64,000 nucleotides of DNA from Gemmatimonadales bacterium (GTDB lineage Bacteria; Gemmatimonadota; Gemmatimonadetes; Gemmatimonadales; GWC2-71-9). The DNA lies in the NCBI GenBank assembly GCA_038321865.1, contig JBBQFH010000008.1, positions 32,001 to 96,000 on the forward strand. Direction: 5' to 3'. The translations under genes were made by a program, and so were the position numbers. Shown in pieces: positions 40,203-48,925 of the stretch. The first letter of the stretch is position 1, and each line of letters opens with the position of its first letter. The notes under the pieces were generated by a model. The model had not been told where the DNA came from, did not search any database, and saw only the letters and a program-made list of their open reading frames with translations.

Positions 40203-41344
40203 CTCAGCACCTCTTTCAGCGCGGCGAGCAGGAGATCGGCCTCGGCGAAGGAAAACGACAGCGGCGGCAGGAGGCGGAGCACGGCGGGGTCCGACGCGGT
40301 ACCGGTGAGGACCCGGTGCCCGAACAGGGCACGCTGCACCGGCGCGGCCGGACGGTCCAGGCACAACCCGAGCAGCAGGCCCCGTCCCTGCACCCGCGGG
40401 ACCCCCATCGCGAGCGCGCCACGCGTCAGGTGGTCGCCTACCGCGGTCGCGTTGCCGATCAGCCCTTCATCCTCGATGACCCGCAGCGTCGCCAGCGCGG
40501 CCGCGCAGGGCACCGGCCCGCCGCCGAAGGTGCTGCCGAGATCGCCGATGACGAGACCCTCGGCGATGGCGCGGGTCGCGATCACTGCACCGATCGGTAT
40601 CCCCGACGCCAGCCCTTTCGCCAGCGTCAGCAGGTCGGGCACGACGCCATACGCCTCGGCCGCGGTGAAGGCCCCGCAGCGGCCGACACCGCACTGCACC
40701 TCGTCGAAGATGAGTTGCGCGCCGCGCTCATCGCAGACTCGCCGGGCAGCCTGGAGAAACTCGACCGAGCAGTCACGCGCGCCCGACATTCCCTGCACCG
40801 GCTCGATGATGACACCGGCAATCGTGTCGTCCACCGCGGCATTCAGCGCGGCGATGTCGTTGAACGGAACCTTTTGCGACAGCGGCATCCCCGCGCGGAG
40901 CGCTCCCTCCTCGTACTTCGCGCCGTCGGTGACCGCCAGCGTCGCGACCGTGCGCCCGTGCCATCCACCCGCCAGCGACACCATCCCCTGCCGTCCTGTC
41001 GTTTTCCGGGCGAGGCCAAGGGCGTTCTCGTTCGCTTCGGCGCCCGAGTTGCAGAAGAACACGCGCTCGAGCGGGTCCGGCGCGAGCCGGCCAAGCCGGC
41101 GCGCGAGCTCGTCGCGATTGGGATGCGGCACCACCGATGAATAGAAAAGCAGCTTCGCCGCCTGCTCGCTGATCGCGCGGACCACGGCCGGGTGGCTGTG
41201 GCCGGTGGAGGCCACGGCGTGGCCGCCGTAGGCGTCGAGCCACTCGTTGCCGTCCTCGTCGATCAGCCAGGATCCGTGGCCGGACACCGGGTGCACCGGC
41301 ATCTGTGCGTAGACGGGCAGCAGGGCGTCGAGCGTGTCTAGCAC
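40199..41344 (-). CDS. argD: N-acylornithine aminotransferase
   Basis: NSGAEANE, HGRT, EPVQG, FDEVQCG, TLAKGL, GSTFGG. Confidence 0.92.
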   Translation of the reverse strand: MLDTLDALLPVYAQMPVHPVSGHGSWLIDEDGNEWLDAYGGHAVASTGHSHPAVVRAISEQAAKLLFYSSVVPHPNRDELARRLGRLAPDPLERVFFCNSGAEANENALGLARKTTGRQGMVSLAGGWHGRTVATLAVTDGAKYEEGALRAGMPLSQKVPFNDIAALNAAVDDTIAGVIIEPVQGMSGARDCSVEFLQAARRVCDERGAQLIFDEVQCGVGRCGAFTAAEAYGVVPDLLTLAKGLASGIPIGAVIATRAIAEGLVIGDLGSTFGGGPVPCAAALATLRVIEDEGLIGNATAVGDHLTRGALAMGVPRVQGRGLLLGLCLDRPAAPVQRALFGHRVLTGTASDPAVLRLLPPLSFSFAEADLLLAALKEVLR

Positions 41345-42378
41345 GGATAGGCTCCCACGGCCGTGAGGCCGGCATCCTCGGCAAGTCCGAGGGAGAGGTT
41401 CATGGCCTGAATCGCCTGGCCGCCGGCGCCCTTGATCAGGTTGTCGATCGCGACGGTCACCTGGATCTCCCGCCCGTCCTCACTGCCGGCGGCATGGACG
41501 AGGGCATAGTTGCCCCCGACGGCGTGGGTCAGCTCGGGCGGCCGATCGAGTATGCGGACAAACCGCTTGCCATCATACGTGTTCCGGTACGCCGTGATGA
41601 CGCTGGCAGCCGCCCCGGCATTGGGGAGATAGGCGTGCAGCGTGAGGTAGATGCCGCGGACGAACGGGCCCGCGTGCACCATGAGGCGCGCGAGCGCGTC
41701 GGGCCGGCCGGTCCACCCGCGCCAGGCATGCAGCACTTCCGCCTCGTGGCGATGCGCGAGCACCGAATAGGCGAAGACGTTGCTGGCACGAGCCGGGTGG
41801 TGCGTGGTCGGCTTCGGATGCACCCCTGCGCCGCTCGATCCCGTGATGGCGTAGAGCGTCGGCGACACGGCGAGGCCGGCCTGCGCCAGTGGGTAGAGCG
41901 CCAGCTGTGCCGCCGTCGCGAAACACCCGGGCGCCGCGATCGCGGTGGCGCCGCGAAGCCGCTCGCCGAGGACGTCAGCCAGGCCGTAGGTGAAGCGTCC
42001 GACCAGATCGGGCGCGGGATGCGTCCCGTAGTAGCGCTCGTAGAGCCGCGGCGCGGCGATCCGGAAGTCCGCCGCCAGGTCAACGATCATCCCCGGGCCG
42101 GCCTCGAAGATTTCGCTCGCCATGCGGGACGACTCCCCATGCTCCAGGGCGAGGAACACGACGTCGCGGCCCCGGGCCACTTCGCCCGGCGTCTCACCGG
42201 AAAAGCGGGCATCGGTAAGCGGCGCCAGCGTCGGATGCGCCTCAGCGATCGGCTTGCCGGCCTGGCTCCGGCTGGTCGCGACGCACTCGGCGACATTCGG
42301 GTGCTGCAGCAGCAGCCGCAGCAGCTCGCCGCCCACGTATCCGGCGGCGCCGACGACCGCCACCCGAAGACCGCTCAC
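41338..42378 (-). CDS. argC: N-acyl-gamma-glutamyl-phosphate reductase
   Basis: GAAGYVG, DLAADFR, PGCF catalytic Cys, GSSGAG, HRH, IDNLIKGAGGQA. Confidence 0.95.
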   Translation of the reverse strand: MSGLRVAVVGAAGYVGGELLRLLLQHPNVAECVATSRSQAGKPIAEAHPTLAPLTDARFSGETPGEVARGRDVVFLALEHGESSRMASEIFEAGPGMIVDLAADFRIAAPRLYERYYGTHPAPDLVGRFTYGLADVLGERLRGATAIAAPGCFATAAQLALYPLAQAGLAVSPTLYAITGSSGAGVHPKPTTHHPARASNVFAYSVLAHRHEAEVLHAWRGWTGRPDALARLMVHAGPFVRGIYLTLHAYLPNAGAAASVITAYRNTYDGKRFVRILDRPPELTHAVGGNYALVHAAGSEDGREIQVTVAIDNLIKGAGGQAIQAMNLSLGLAEDAGLTAVGAYPC

Positions 42379-43472
42379 GCGGGTGCGCCGATCAGGGCGG
42401 GCGCCGCGGCCGCCGTCGCCCGCGCCTCGAGGCCGGCGATGGCGGCGGCCACGAGGCCGGCGGCGTCGCGCCGCGCGTTGTGCGCCGGCAGGCCCAGCGA
42501 CGCGCTGATGTAATCCCGGCCCACTTCGTTATCGGTGGCCGGGCCGGTGATGGCGGTGATCGGGAGACCGTACTCGCGACGCATCAGCTCCGCGGCTCCC
42601 CAGCAGCCGACCGGGTCCGGCGCCGCCATGATCCACGCTGCGCCGGCGGCGGCGAGCTCCGGATCGTGCATGATGTCCTGGACGCCGTATTCCCCGAGGA
42701 TGCCGTCACCGAGCTCCGCGACGATCACGTCGGGCTTCGCGGCGGCCAGCCGGTTGAAGATGCCCTTGGCCGTCGCCACCGTGACGCCGGGGTGCGTGCT
42801 GGCGACGCCGACGTCGTTGAAGGTGAGCGCGGCGATCGCACCGGCATCGGTCATCGAGAGCACGTCCCGCATGAGCGACACCCCGGTCAGCTTGCACGCC
42901 GCGACCCGGTATCCCGCGCGCACCAGCCCGCGCACCAGTTCCGTCGCCGCCACGGTCTTGCCGGCGTTCATGCAGGTTCCCGCCACGTAGATCACTGGCA
43001 CGGTGCTGTCGAGCCGGTCGGCCGGCGGCACCGCGCGGTCGCGGATGTGGGCCGGCCGGCCGACGCGGTCGCCCAGCGCCGGGAAGGTGAGAATCGACCC
43101 CAATACCTCGGCGGCGAACGGCGGACCGATGTCCGGGTTGACCGAAGTGCAGTGCCCAAGAATTCCACCGAGGTTCAGCACGTTGATCGTGTCGCCGACG
43201 GCGATGCGGGATGGCACGACGCCGGCATACGCGCGGAGCGCGCGCCGGCTGCCGAGGGTGCCGGCGAGCACGTCCCCGGCGCGGAGCGACACCATCCGGC
43301 CGGTCAGATCCTCGACCGTGTTGTATGACGACTTGTCGTCCAGGATCCGGACCGCGAGCACGTACCCCTCGGCCGGCACGATCTCGTCGCCGACGATGAC
43401 CTCGGCCGAGAGCTGCGCGTTCCTGGTGGACGAAGCGATCCGGTCGAGCCGGACCCGCGTGGTGACGACCAT
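42375..43472 (-). CDS. Uncharacterised P-loop protein, DUF1611/DgcN-like, embedded in the arg operon
   Basis: 365 aa; RBS AAGGAG; P-loop-like VAGTCMNAGKT, KLTG, DAGA, VAELGDGI, ITGP. Stop overlaps the argC start (GTGA). Confidence 0.75.
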   Translation of the reverse strand: MVVTTRVRLDRIASSTRNAQLSAEVIVGDEIVPAEGYVLAVRILDDKSSYNTVEDLTGRMVSLRAGDVLAGTLGSRRALRAYAGVVPSRIAVGDTINVLNLGGILGHCTSVNPDIGPPFAAEVLGSILTFPALGDRVGRPAHIRDRAVPPADRLDSTVPVIYVAGTCMNAGKTVAATELVRGLVRAGYRVAACKLTGVSLMRDVLSMTDAGAIAALTFNDVGVASTHPGVTVATAKGIFNRLAAAKPDVIVAELGDGILGEYGVQDIMHDPELAAAGAAWIMAAPDPVGCWGAAELMRREYGLPITAITGPATDNEVGRDYISASLGLPAHNARRDAAGLVAAAIAGLEARATAAAAPALIGAPA

Positions 43473-43482
43473 CGGCCTCTCC

Positions 43483-44682
43483 TTACTGGTGGCCGCCCGC
43501 GGCGCGTGCCGCGAGCAGCGACGGAATCGCCGACACCCGGGCAAAGGCGCGGGCCTCGTCGCCGGTCCAGAGATGATTCTCCTCGCCGTATGTCGCGATC
43601 GCCGGGTCCATCATCGAATGGGGACTCCGGGTGCCCACCACCTGAAACCGGCCGGCCGCGAGCCGGATCCGGGTCTCGCCCGTGACCCGCTGCTGCGAGC
43701 TGGTGATGAGTGCTTCGATATCCCGCAGCGCCGGATCGAAGTACTGCCCTTCGTGGAGGCGATCGCCGTAGAAACGGCCGAGCTGGTCCTTCCAGAAGGT
43801 CTGCCACTTGGTGAGGACGAGCTTCTCCAGCTCGCGATGCGCCGCGATGAGCAGCAGCGCGGCACCGGCTTCGAAGCCGATGCGGCCCTTGATGCCGAGC
43901 GCCGTTTCGCCCACGTGGATGTTGCGGCCGATGCCGTAGCGCTCCGCCAGATCGCCCAGGCGCTCGATGAGACCGGGACCGGTCAGCGCCGCTCCATCGA
44001 GCGAGACCGGCAGCCCCTGGGTCCATGCAACGACGATTTCGACGGGCGCGGGCGCGCCGGCCGGCGGATCGAGCAGCTCCGCCGGCGGACCGGCCCAGGT
44101 GTCGTGGGTCCAGCCGCCACCCCACGTGGTGCCCCAGAGGCCGCGGTTGATCGAGTACGACCCGGCCTTGTCGGGCACCGGCAGGCCCCGCTCCCGGAGG
44201 TAGGCGATGGCCTCATCGCGTTTGACGGCTTCGTCGCGGATGGGCGTGACGATGTCGAGCTCGGGGGCGAGCACCCGGAGCGCCACATCGAAACGAATCT
44301 GATCGTTTCCCGCGCCGGTCGAGCCGTGTGCGATCGCGATGGCGCCGATGGCCCGTGCCACCTCCAGTACCGACAGCGCCTGCTGCGTCCGCTCGGCGGC
44401 GACACTCAGCGGATACACCTCGCCGCGGAGCACGTTGCCCTGCACCAGGTAACGGACGAAGCGGTCGTAGACCTCCTGTCGCGCATCCACCTCGTGATGC
44501 TGCACGGCGCCGACCGCGGCCGCCTGCGCCCGGATGGCGGCGCGCTGGGCGTCACTACTGCCGCCGGTATTCACGAAAATGGTGTGAACAGCCCAGCCCG
44601 CCTCGGTGAGGCGCGGCACGCAGTAGGAAGTATCGAGACCGCCGGAAAAGGCGAGGGCGAGCACGCCGCGTTGAGTTTGCAT
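43483..44682 (-). CDS. argG: Argininosuccinate synthase
   Basis: LAFSGGLDTS, HGSTGAGNDQIRF, YSINRGLWG, GIKGRIGFEA; ATG at 44682. Confidence 0.95.
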   Translation of the reverse strand: MQTQRGVLALAFSGGLDTSYCVPRLTEAGWAVHTIFVNTGGSSDAQRAAIRAQAAAVGAVQHHEVDARQEVYDRFVRYLVQGNVLRGEVYPLSVAAERTQQALSVLEVARAIGAIAIAHGSTGAGNDQIRFDVALRVLAPELDIVTPIRDEAVKRDEAIAYLRERGLPVPDKAGSYSINRGLWGTTWGGGWTHDTWAGPPAELLDPPAGAPAPVEIVVAWTQGLPVSLDGAALTGPGLIERLGDLAERYGIGRNIHVGETALGIKGRIGFEAGAALLLIAAHRELEKLVLTKWQTFWKDQLGRFYGDRLHEGQYFDPALRDIEALITSSQQRVTGETRIRLAAGRFQVVGTRSPHSMMDPAIATYGEENHLWTGDEARAFARVSAIPSLLAARAAGGHQ

Positions 44683-44702
44683 AATGCATAAATATGCATT
44701 AT
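44681..44702. promoter_or_regulatory. ARG box (ArgR operator)
   Basis: Perfect inverted repeat ATAATGCATA-AA-TATGCATTAT; core AATGCATAAATATGCATT matches the TGCAT-N4-ATGCA style ARG box; abuts the argG start codon. Confidence 0.88.
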
Positions 44703-44729
44703 TGCGTCCGGCACGCAAGGCCCGGACGC

Positions 44730-44762
44730 GCGAAAGCCCCGGCGGGAAGCCGAGGCTTTCGC
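44730..44762 (-). terminator. Stem-loop, probable terminator of the upstream small gene
   Basis: Minus strand GCGAAAGCCTCGGC-TTCCC-GCCGGGGCTTTCGC: 14-bp stem with one G-U pair, 17 nt after the stop at 44780; no clear U-tract. Confidence 0.6.
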
Positions 44763-44779
44763 CCTGAGCAAGGGCCAGG

Positions 44780-45103
44780 CTACTTCCGCAGGTCGCGCCG
44801 GAGCTCGCGGCGATCCTGCCGCCGGTCCGCCTGATCGGCCCGCACGTCCCGGTGATCCCGGCGCAGCTCCCGGACGTCACGCCGCATCGCCGCAGGCCGC
44901 CCCGCGCGGTGGTCCCGCCGGAGCTCACGCCGGTCCTGCCGGATTTCGGCCCGGTCGCTCCGCACCTCGCGGTGGTCCCGCCGGAGTTCCCGCCGATCGT
45001 GGCGAAGCTCGTGCGGGTGGGCCGGTGTGGCCTGAGCGGCCGCGGCGGCCGGGAGCCCGGCCAGCAGGCCCAGTGTCGCCGCAATCATGAGCGCGTGTCG
45101 CAT
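44780..45103 (-). CDS. Small exported protein made of heptad repeats
   Basis: Signal peptide (...PAAAAA|Q) followed by about 10 copies of a 7-residue unit like DRRELRR. Confidence 0.75.
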   Translation of the reverse strand: MRHALMIAATLGLLAGLPAAAAAQATPAHPHELRHDRRELRRDHREVRSDRAEIRQDRRELRRDHRAGRPAAMRRDVRELRRDHRDVRADQADRRQDRRELRRDLRK

Positions 45104-45193
45104 ACGTCCTCCCGGTGGAGTGAGTTGGAGCGGCGCGGTGCGCGCCGGTCGACACTCAAAGGACGTCGACCGGACGCAGGCGTTAAGCCGGCC

Positions 45194-46279
45194 CTACCAC
45201 CCTTCCGCGACCGCCTGCACCAGCGACCCCAGGCTCACCACGTCGCGCAGGTCGATCACCTCGGCCGGTGAGTGGGCGTATCGGAGCGGCCAGGCGAGCG
45301 GCACGTCCGGGACACCCCACGCAGCGAAGGCCGAGCCGTCGTTTCCGCCGTTGGTGGTGCCCACCTGCAGCGCGATGCCGCGCGCGTGCGCCAGCGAGAC
45401 CAGCGAATCGAGCAGGGCCGGCGGAGTGACCGAGCTGTTGTCCACCGCCCGCGCGACCGCGCCCTGCCCCAGCGGGGTCACGGCGAAGGCAGGCAGCTCG
45501 AGCGGCGAATCGGCGGAGACGAACGTGTCGATCGCGTGCACCCGCGCGGCGGTGAGGCCCAGCTGTCGCGCCGCGGCGGCCGCCCCCTCGAGGCCGACCT
45601 CTTCCCGCACGCTCCACACGAATACGACGCTGTGCCGGATTCGTGCGCGGTCCAGGTGGCGGACGGCGAGAATCTGTGCCGCCGAACCGACGCGATCATC
45701 GAACGACCGTCCGGTCGCACGGGTACCGAGCAGCCGGACGTATTGCTTCGGCATCGTGACCGTGCTGCCGACCCTGACCCCCAGCCGCTCGGTCGCCGCG
45801 CGCGAGTTGCTCCCGACGTCGACGCGGAACGGCGGCGGTGTGCGCCGCGGGGAATCGCCCACTGAATCGCGCGGCATGAAGATTCCGGGCACCGTCGTGC
45901 TGCCGGTCTGAACCAGCGCGGGCCTCGCCTCGAACAGTGAGGGAAAGAATCCGCCCAGCGAGCGAAGCTCCAGCGTGCCGTCGTCCCGGATCGCGGTGAC
46001 GCGGTAGCCGATCTCATCGGTGTGCGCCACGAAGACCACCGTCGGCTCGCCTTTGCCGATCCGAAGCCAGAGGTTGCCGGCGGTATCCGTTTCGGTTCGG
46101 GCCCACGCCGGAAGCAGCCGCCTGACGGTTTCGCGCACCGGCCCCTCCATGCCCGACGGCCCGTAGCTTTCGACCAGCGCCGCCAGGACCTGCTGCGCTT
46201 CCGGCACGGCGATCGCCGTCTGCTGTGCGGCGGCGGCGGTGGGCACCGACAACAGGACGCCAAGCAGCAGGGCTCTCAT
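45194..46279 (-). CDS. Exported M42 family (TET-like) aminopeptidase
   Basis: Signal peptide; metal/catalytic motifs AHTDEIG, DDRVG, REEVG, AID, GGND, RYAHSPAE. Confidence 0.88.
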   Translation of the reverse strand: MRALLLGVLLSVPTAAAAQQTAIAVPEAQQVLAALVESYGPSGMEGPVRETVRRLLPAWARTETDTAGNLWLRIGKGEPTVVFVAHTDEIGYRVTAIRDDGTLELRSLGGFFPSLFEARPALVQTGSTTVPGIFMPRDSVGDSPRRTPPPFRVDVGSNSRAATERLGVRVGSTVTMPKQYVRLLGTRATGRSFDDRVGSAAQILAVRHLDRARIRHSVVFVWSVREEVGLEGAAAAARQLGLTAARVHAIDTFVSADSPLELPAFAVTPLGQGAVARAVDNSSVTPPALLDSLVSLAHARGIALQVGTTNGGNDGSAFAAWGVPDVPLAWPLRYAHSPAEVIDLRDVVSLGSLVQAVAEGW

Positions 46280-47193
46280 TGCCGTCCTCCCAGCCAGCGG
46301 CGCAGTTGGTCTGCCAGGGTCCCGACGTCGCGCAGGGCGATCGTCTCGACCGGTGTGCCCGCGTACCGCACCGTGACGCCGATTCGATGGACCCGGCCCA
46401 GGCCGGTTGCGGCTCTGCTGAGCGCCGAATCGGCGCCCTCGTACGGCGCGCCAGGAGCCCCGGCAGTACCGTCCACAATGAGCGTCTCGGTGAACGGCCC
46501 ATATTCGTGCATCAGGGTGAGCAGCCCTCGAGCCGCCAGGTTCTGCTCGGTCAGAAAGGCGATGACCGTGGTGCCCGACCCGGAGGCGATCGGTTCCCGC
46601 GCGGCGGCGACCAGCGCAGCGCAGCTGGCCCGGCGGCCGGCCACCGGCGCGGCCAGCAGCGAGTCGCCGTAGTGATGCGGGCGCTTCGCCAGCGCGACCG
46701 GGGAGAGCAATTCGACTCCGGCCGCCAGCGCCTGCGCCCCGCTGACCGCGCCGATATCCACGTAGGCGTTGTCCGCGGTGAAGGGATCCTCGGCGGTGGT
46801 GCGGCCGCGGGTCAGGTGCACCGAGCGCACCCCGACGACGGCGGGCAGCGGGCCGTGGCGTCCCCACACCGTGACGCGCTGCCCCTCGAGCTGCTGATCG
46901 GCGAGGGGCGGAACCCGGCCGGGAACGCGATGCAGCGTGAGCCACCCGTCGGGCCGGATCCCGCCGACTACGTACCCGGGCTCATCCAGCGGGCAGGCGA
47001 CGAGCCGGGCCGGCGCGCCGGAGCCGCGCCGCAGGACCACGCTGCCCGACCGGTCTCGCGCCGAACCGGGAACGATGGGCAGCAGCGAGTCGGCGACCGC
47101 CTGTTCGTAGCCGGTGATCGCCGTCATGCCGGCGAGGCGCACGGCGAGCGCCGCGGGCGAGCTGGTTTGCAGCTGGAGCAGGAGGAGGAGCAT
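46276..47193 (-). CDS. M42-like protein with degenerate active site (pseudo-peptidase)
   Basis: Same layout as the neighbour (ITGYE, DEPGY, YVDIGA, RYAGTPVE), but the H, DD, EE and final H ligands are replaced. Confidence 0.75.
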   Translation of the reverse strand: MLLLLLQLQTSSPAALAVRLAGMTAITGYEQAVADSLLPIVPGSARDRSGSVVLRRGSGAPARLVACPLDEPGYVVGGIRPDGWLTLHRVPGRVPPLADQQLEGQRVTVWGRHGPLPAVVGVRSVHLTRGRTTAEDPFTADNAYVDIGAVSGAQALAAGVELLSPVALAKRPHHYGDSLLAAPVAGRRASCAALVAAAREPIASGSGTTVIAFLTEQNLAARGLLTLMHEYGPFTETLIVDGTAGAPGAPYEGADSALSRAATGLGRVHRIGVTVRYAGTPVETIALRDVGTLADQLRRWLGGRQ

Positions 47194-47303
47194 GCAATCG
47201 TCCGGTGGTGGATGTGGCGCGACGCGACGCGGCCCTCTTCGGCGCGTACCGAGGAGGGCCGGACAGCCACGCCATGGTGGCTGCAGCGCAGAGCGTGATT
47301 ACG

Positions 47304-47630
47304 TCAGCTCTCCTCGTTCGTCATCGCGGTGCCGGTGTCGAGATCGTGCACGTACAACGCCGATCCGTAACCGCCCGGCGACTCGTCGATGACCCGGCGC
47401 AGCAGGTCGAGAGCGTCGGAAAGCGATTGGGTGAAGGCGTACTCCAGTGCCGACGGCACCGGTTCGCCTTCGCGGGACTCCGGAAGATACGCGGCCAGGA
47501 AGCGGTCGACGACGGCGGGTTGCAGGTCGGTGTGCTGGGACGGGGGCAGTCCATGGCGGCGTTCGATTTCCCGCAGGAGGCGCTCAGCCATGACGAGGCG
47601 TTCCTGCTCGAGGGCGACAGTCAGCATCAC
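47304..47630 (-). CDS. Hypothetical protein
   Basis: 108-aa ORF with upstream GAGGGA, host-like codon pattern, fills a gap; no recognised motif. Confidence 0.5.
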   Translation of the reverse strand: MMLTVALEQERLVMAERLLREIERRHGLPPSQHTDLQPAVVDRFLAAYLPESREGEPVPSALEYAFTQSLSDALDLLRRVIDESPGGYGSALYVHDLDTGTAMTNEES

Positions 47631-47770
47631 ATTGGTCCCTCAGCTGGCAGAGGCGGCCCCTGGAGCGCGGCCGGCGACGTGGGAGGAATTCGTGGCGGCT
47701 CCAGCCGCCGTTTCTACCATCGCTGTCGGCGGAGCCCCGCGACAGAGAATAAATCCCGAACCGAACAGTT

Positions 47771-48925
47771 CTACCTTGACGTCGGAACCCCGGCGGGGGC
47801 ACGGCGGACCCCTGTCAGGATTGTCTCCATGAGCGGGAAGTAGACCCGCCAGTAGAACAGGTTGGTCACGCTCTGGAAGGCGGGCGGCATCCATCTCGCC
47901 GTGGCCGCCGCGCCGCGGTATCGGGTCCACGCCGGGACGAAGCGGTTGTCGGCGAAGTCACCGGCGAAATAGAAGATGGGTGCGACGGGCCCCTCCCGCC
48001 GCAGGATGGCGGGGAAACGAGCGGGGATGCCGGCGGTCGCGAGGAGCTTCTGTCCACGGTAGGTCAGCGCCAGGTCGTAATGCGCCTCGACCGCCGTTCC
48101 TGCGTGGGGCACCACGATGTCGAACCAGTAATGATAGGGAACACGATCGGCGGTGTGATATGCCCGGGCCCGACCGGGCGCGAACACCAACGATGCCGCA
48201 TCGGACGAGGCGTCGGGCCCCTCCGCCAGCACGAGCAGACGCCCGCTCTCGTGCACGAACAGGAAACCCGGGCCGGCGAAAGGCCATGGCTGTCCGTACT
48301 GGCGGGCGTAATCGGTCACCGCCCATATCGGCACCTCGACGTTGGCGGTCAGGTCGTCGAAACGGCGACCGATCCAGCCGGTCCACGTGACGCCGAACAG
48401 CTCTTCGAGCCCGGCGCGCGCACTCCCTTCAGTCGGGCTGGCGAAGCTGTTGAATTCGCCGATGAGCGCCGCGCCGGCGGCCACGCCCTGGCGGATCGAG
48501 GCGACTTCAGCGCCGGAGAGACCGCCATAGATCTTCCGCGAGTGGGTGCCGGCGAGGTTGAGCTGCTCGAAGTCGTCGACGTATACGCCATAGGTGTCGG
48601 CGAGGTAGATCAGCGCGTAACCGCGCATGCTCTCCGGGAGCGGTCGGATCGCGTAGCGCTTACCGGGCAGCGGGACAAAACCCGCATAATCGGCCTGGTA
48701 GCTCCACGGCTGGCCGTCCGGCCGAACGTACCGCAGATGATTGAGCGTCCACATGAGGCCGGTGTGTTCGCGATCGGAGTCGTCGGGCACGGTCTTGTCC
48801 ACGATCAGCGCGGCCAGCGGCTTGGCGGGGATCAGGTACCAGGCGGCCCATGGAAGCGCAAATGCGCCGACGAGGATCGCGGCCGCGACGATCACCCAGC
48901 CGAGCTGTCGCCGCCGATCGCTCAC
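47771..48925 (-). CDS. Membrane-anchored extracytoplasmic hypothetical protein
   Basis: N-terminal TM helix; motifs DKTVPD..REH, YLADTYGVY, EFNSFASPT, WTGWIGR, YFAGDFAD; start overlaps the upstream stop. Confidence 0.7.
   Translation of the reverse strand: MSDRRRQLGWVIVAAAILVGAFALPWAAWYLIPAKPLAALIVDKTVPDDSDREHTGLMWTLNHLRYVRPDGQPWSYQADYAGFVPLPGKRYAIRPLPESMRGYALIYLADTYGVYVDDFEQLNLAGTHSRKIYGGLSGAEVASIRQGVAAGAALIGEFNSFASPTEGSARAGLEELFGVTWTGWIGRRFDDLTANVEVPIWAVTDYARQYGQPWPFAGPGFLFVHESGRLLVLAEGPDASSDAASLVFAPGRARAYHTADRVPYHYWFDIVVPHAGTAVEAHYDLALTYRGQKLLATAGIPARFPAILRREGPVAPIFYFAGDFADNRFVPAWTRYRGAAATARWMPPAFQSVTNLFYWRVYFPLMETILTGVRRAPAGVPTSR

Noticed and set aside
44780..45010. 21-bp periodic repeats as a possible CRISPR array
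   Set aside because: The repeats are degenerate, in-frame and lack unique spacers, and no cas genes are present; they encode protein heptads.
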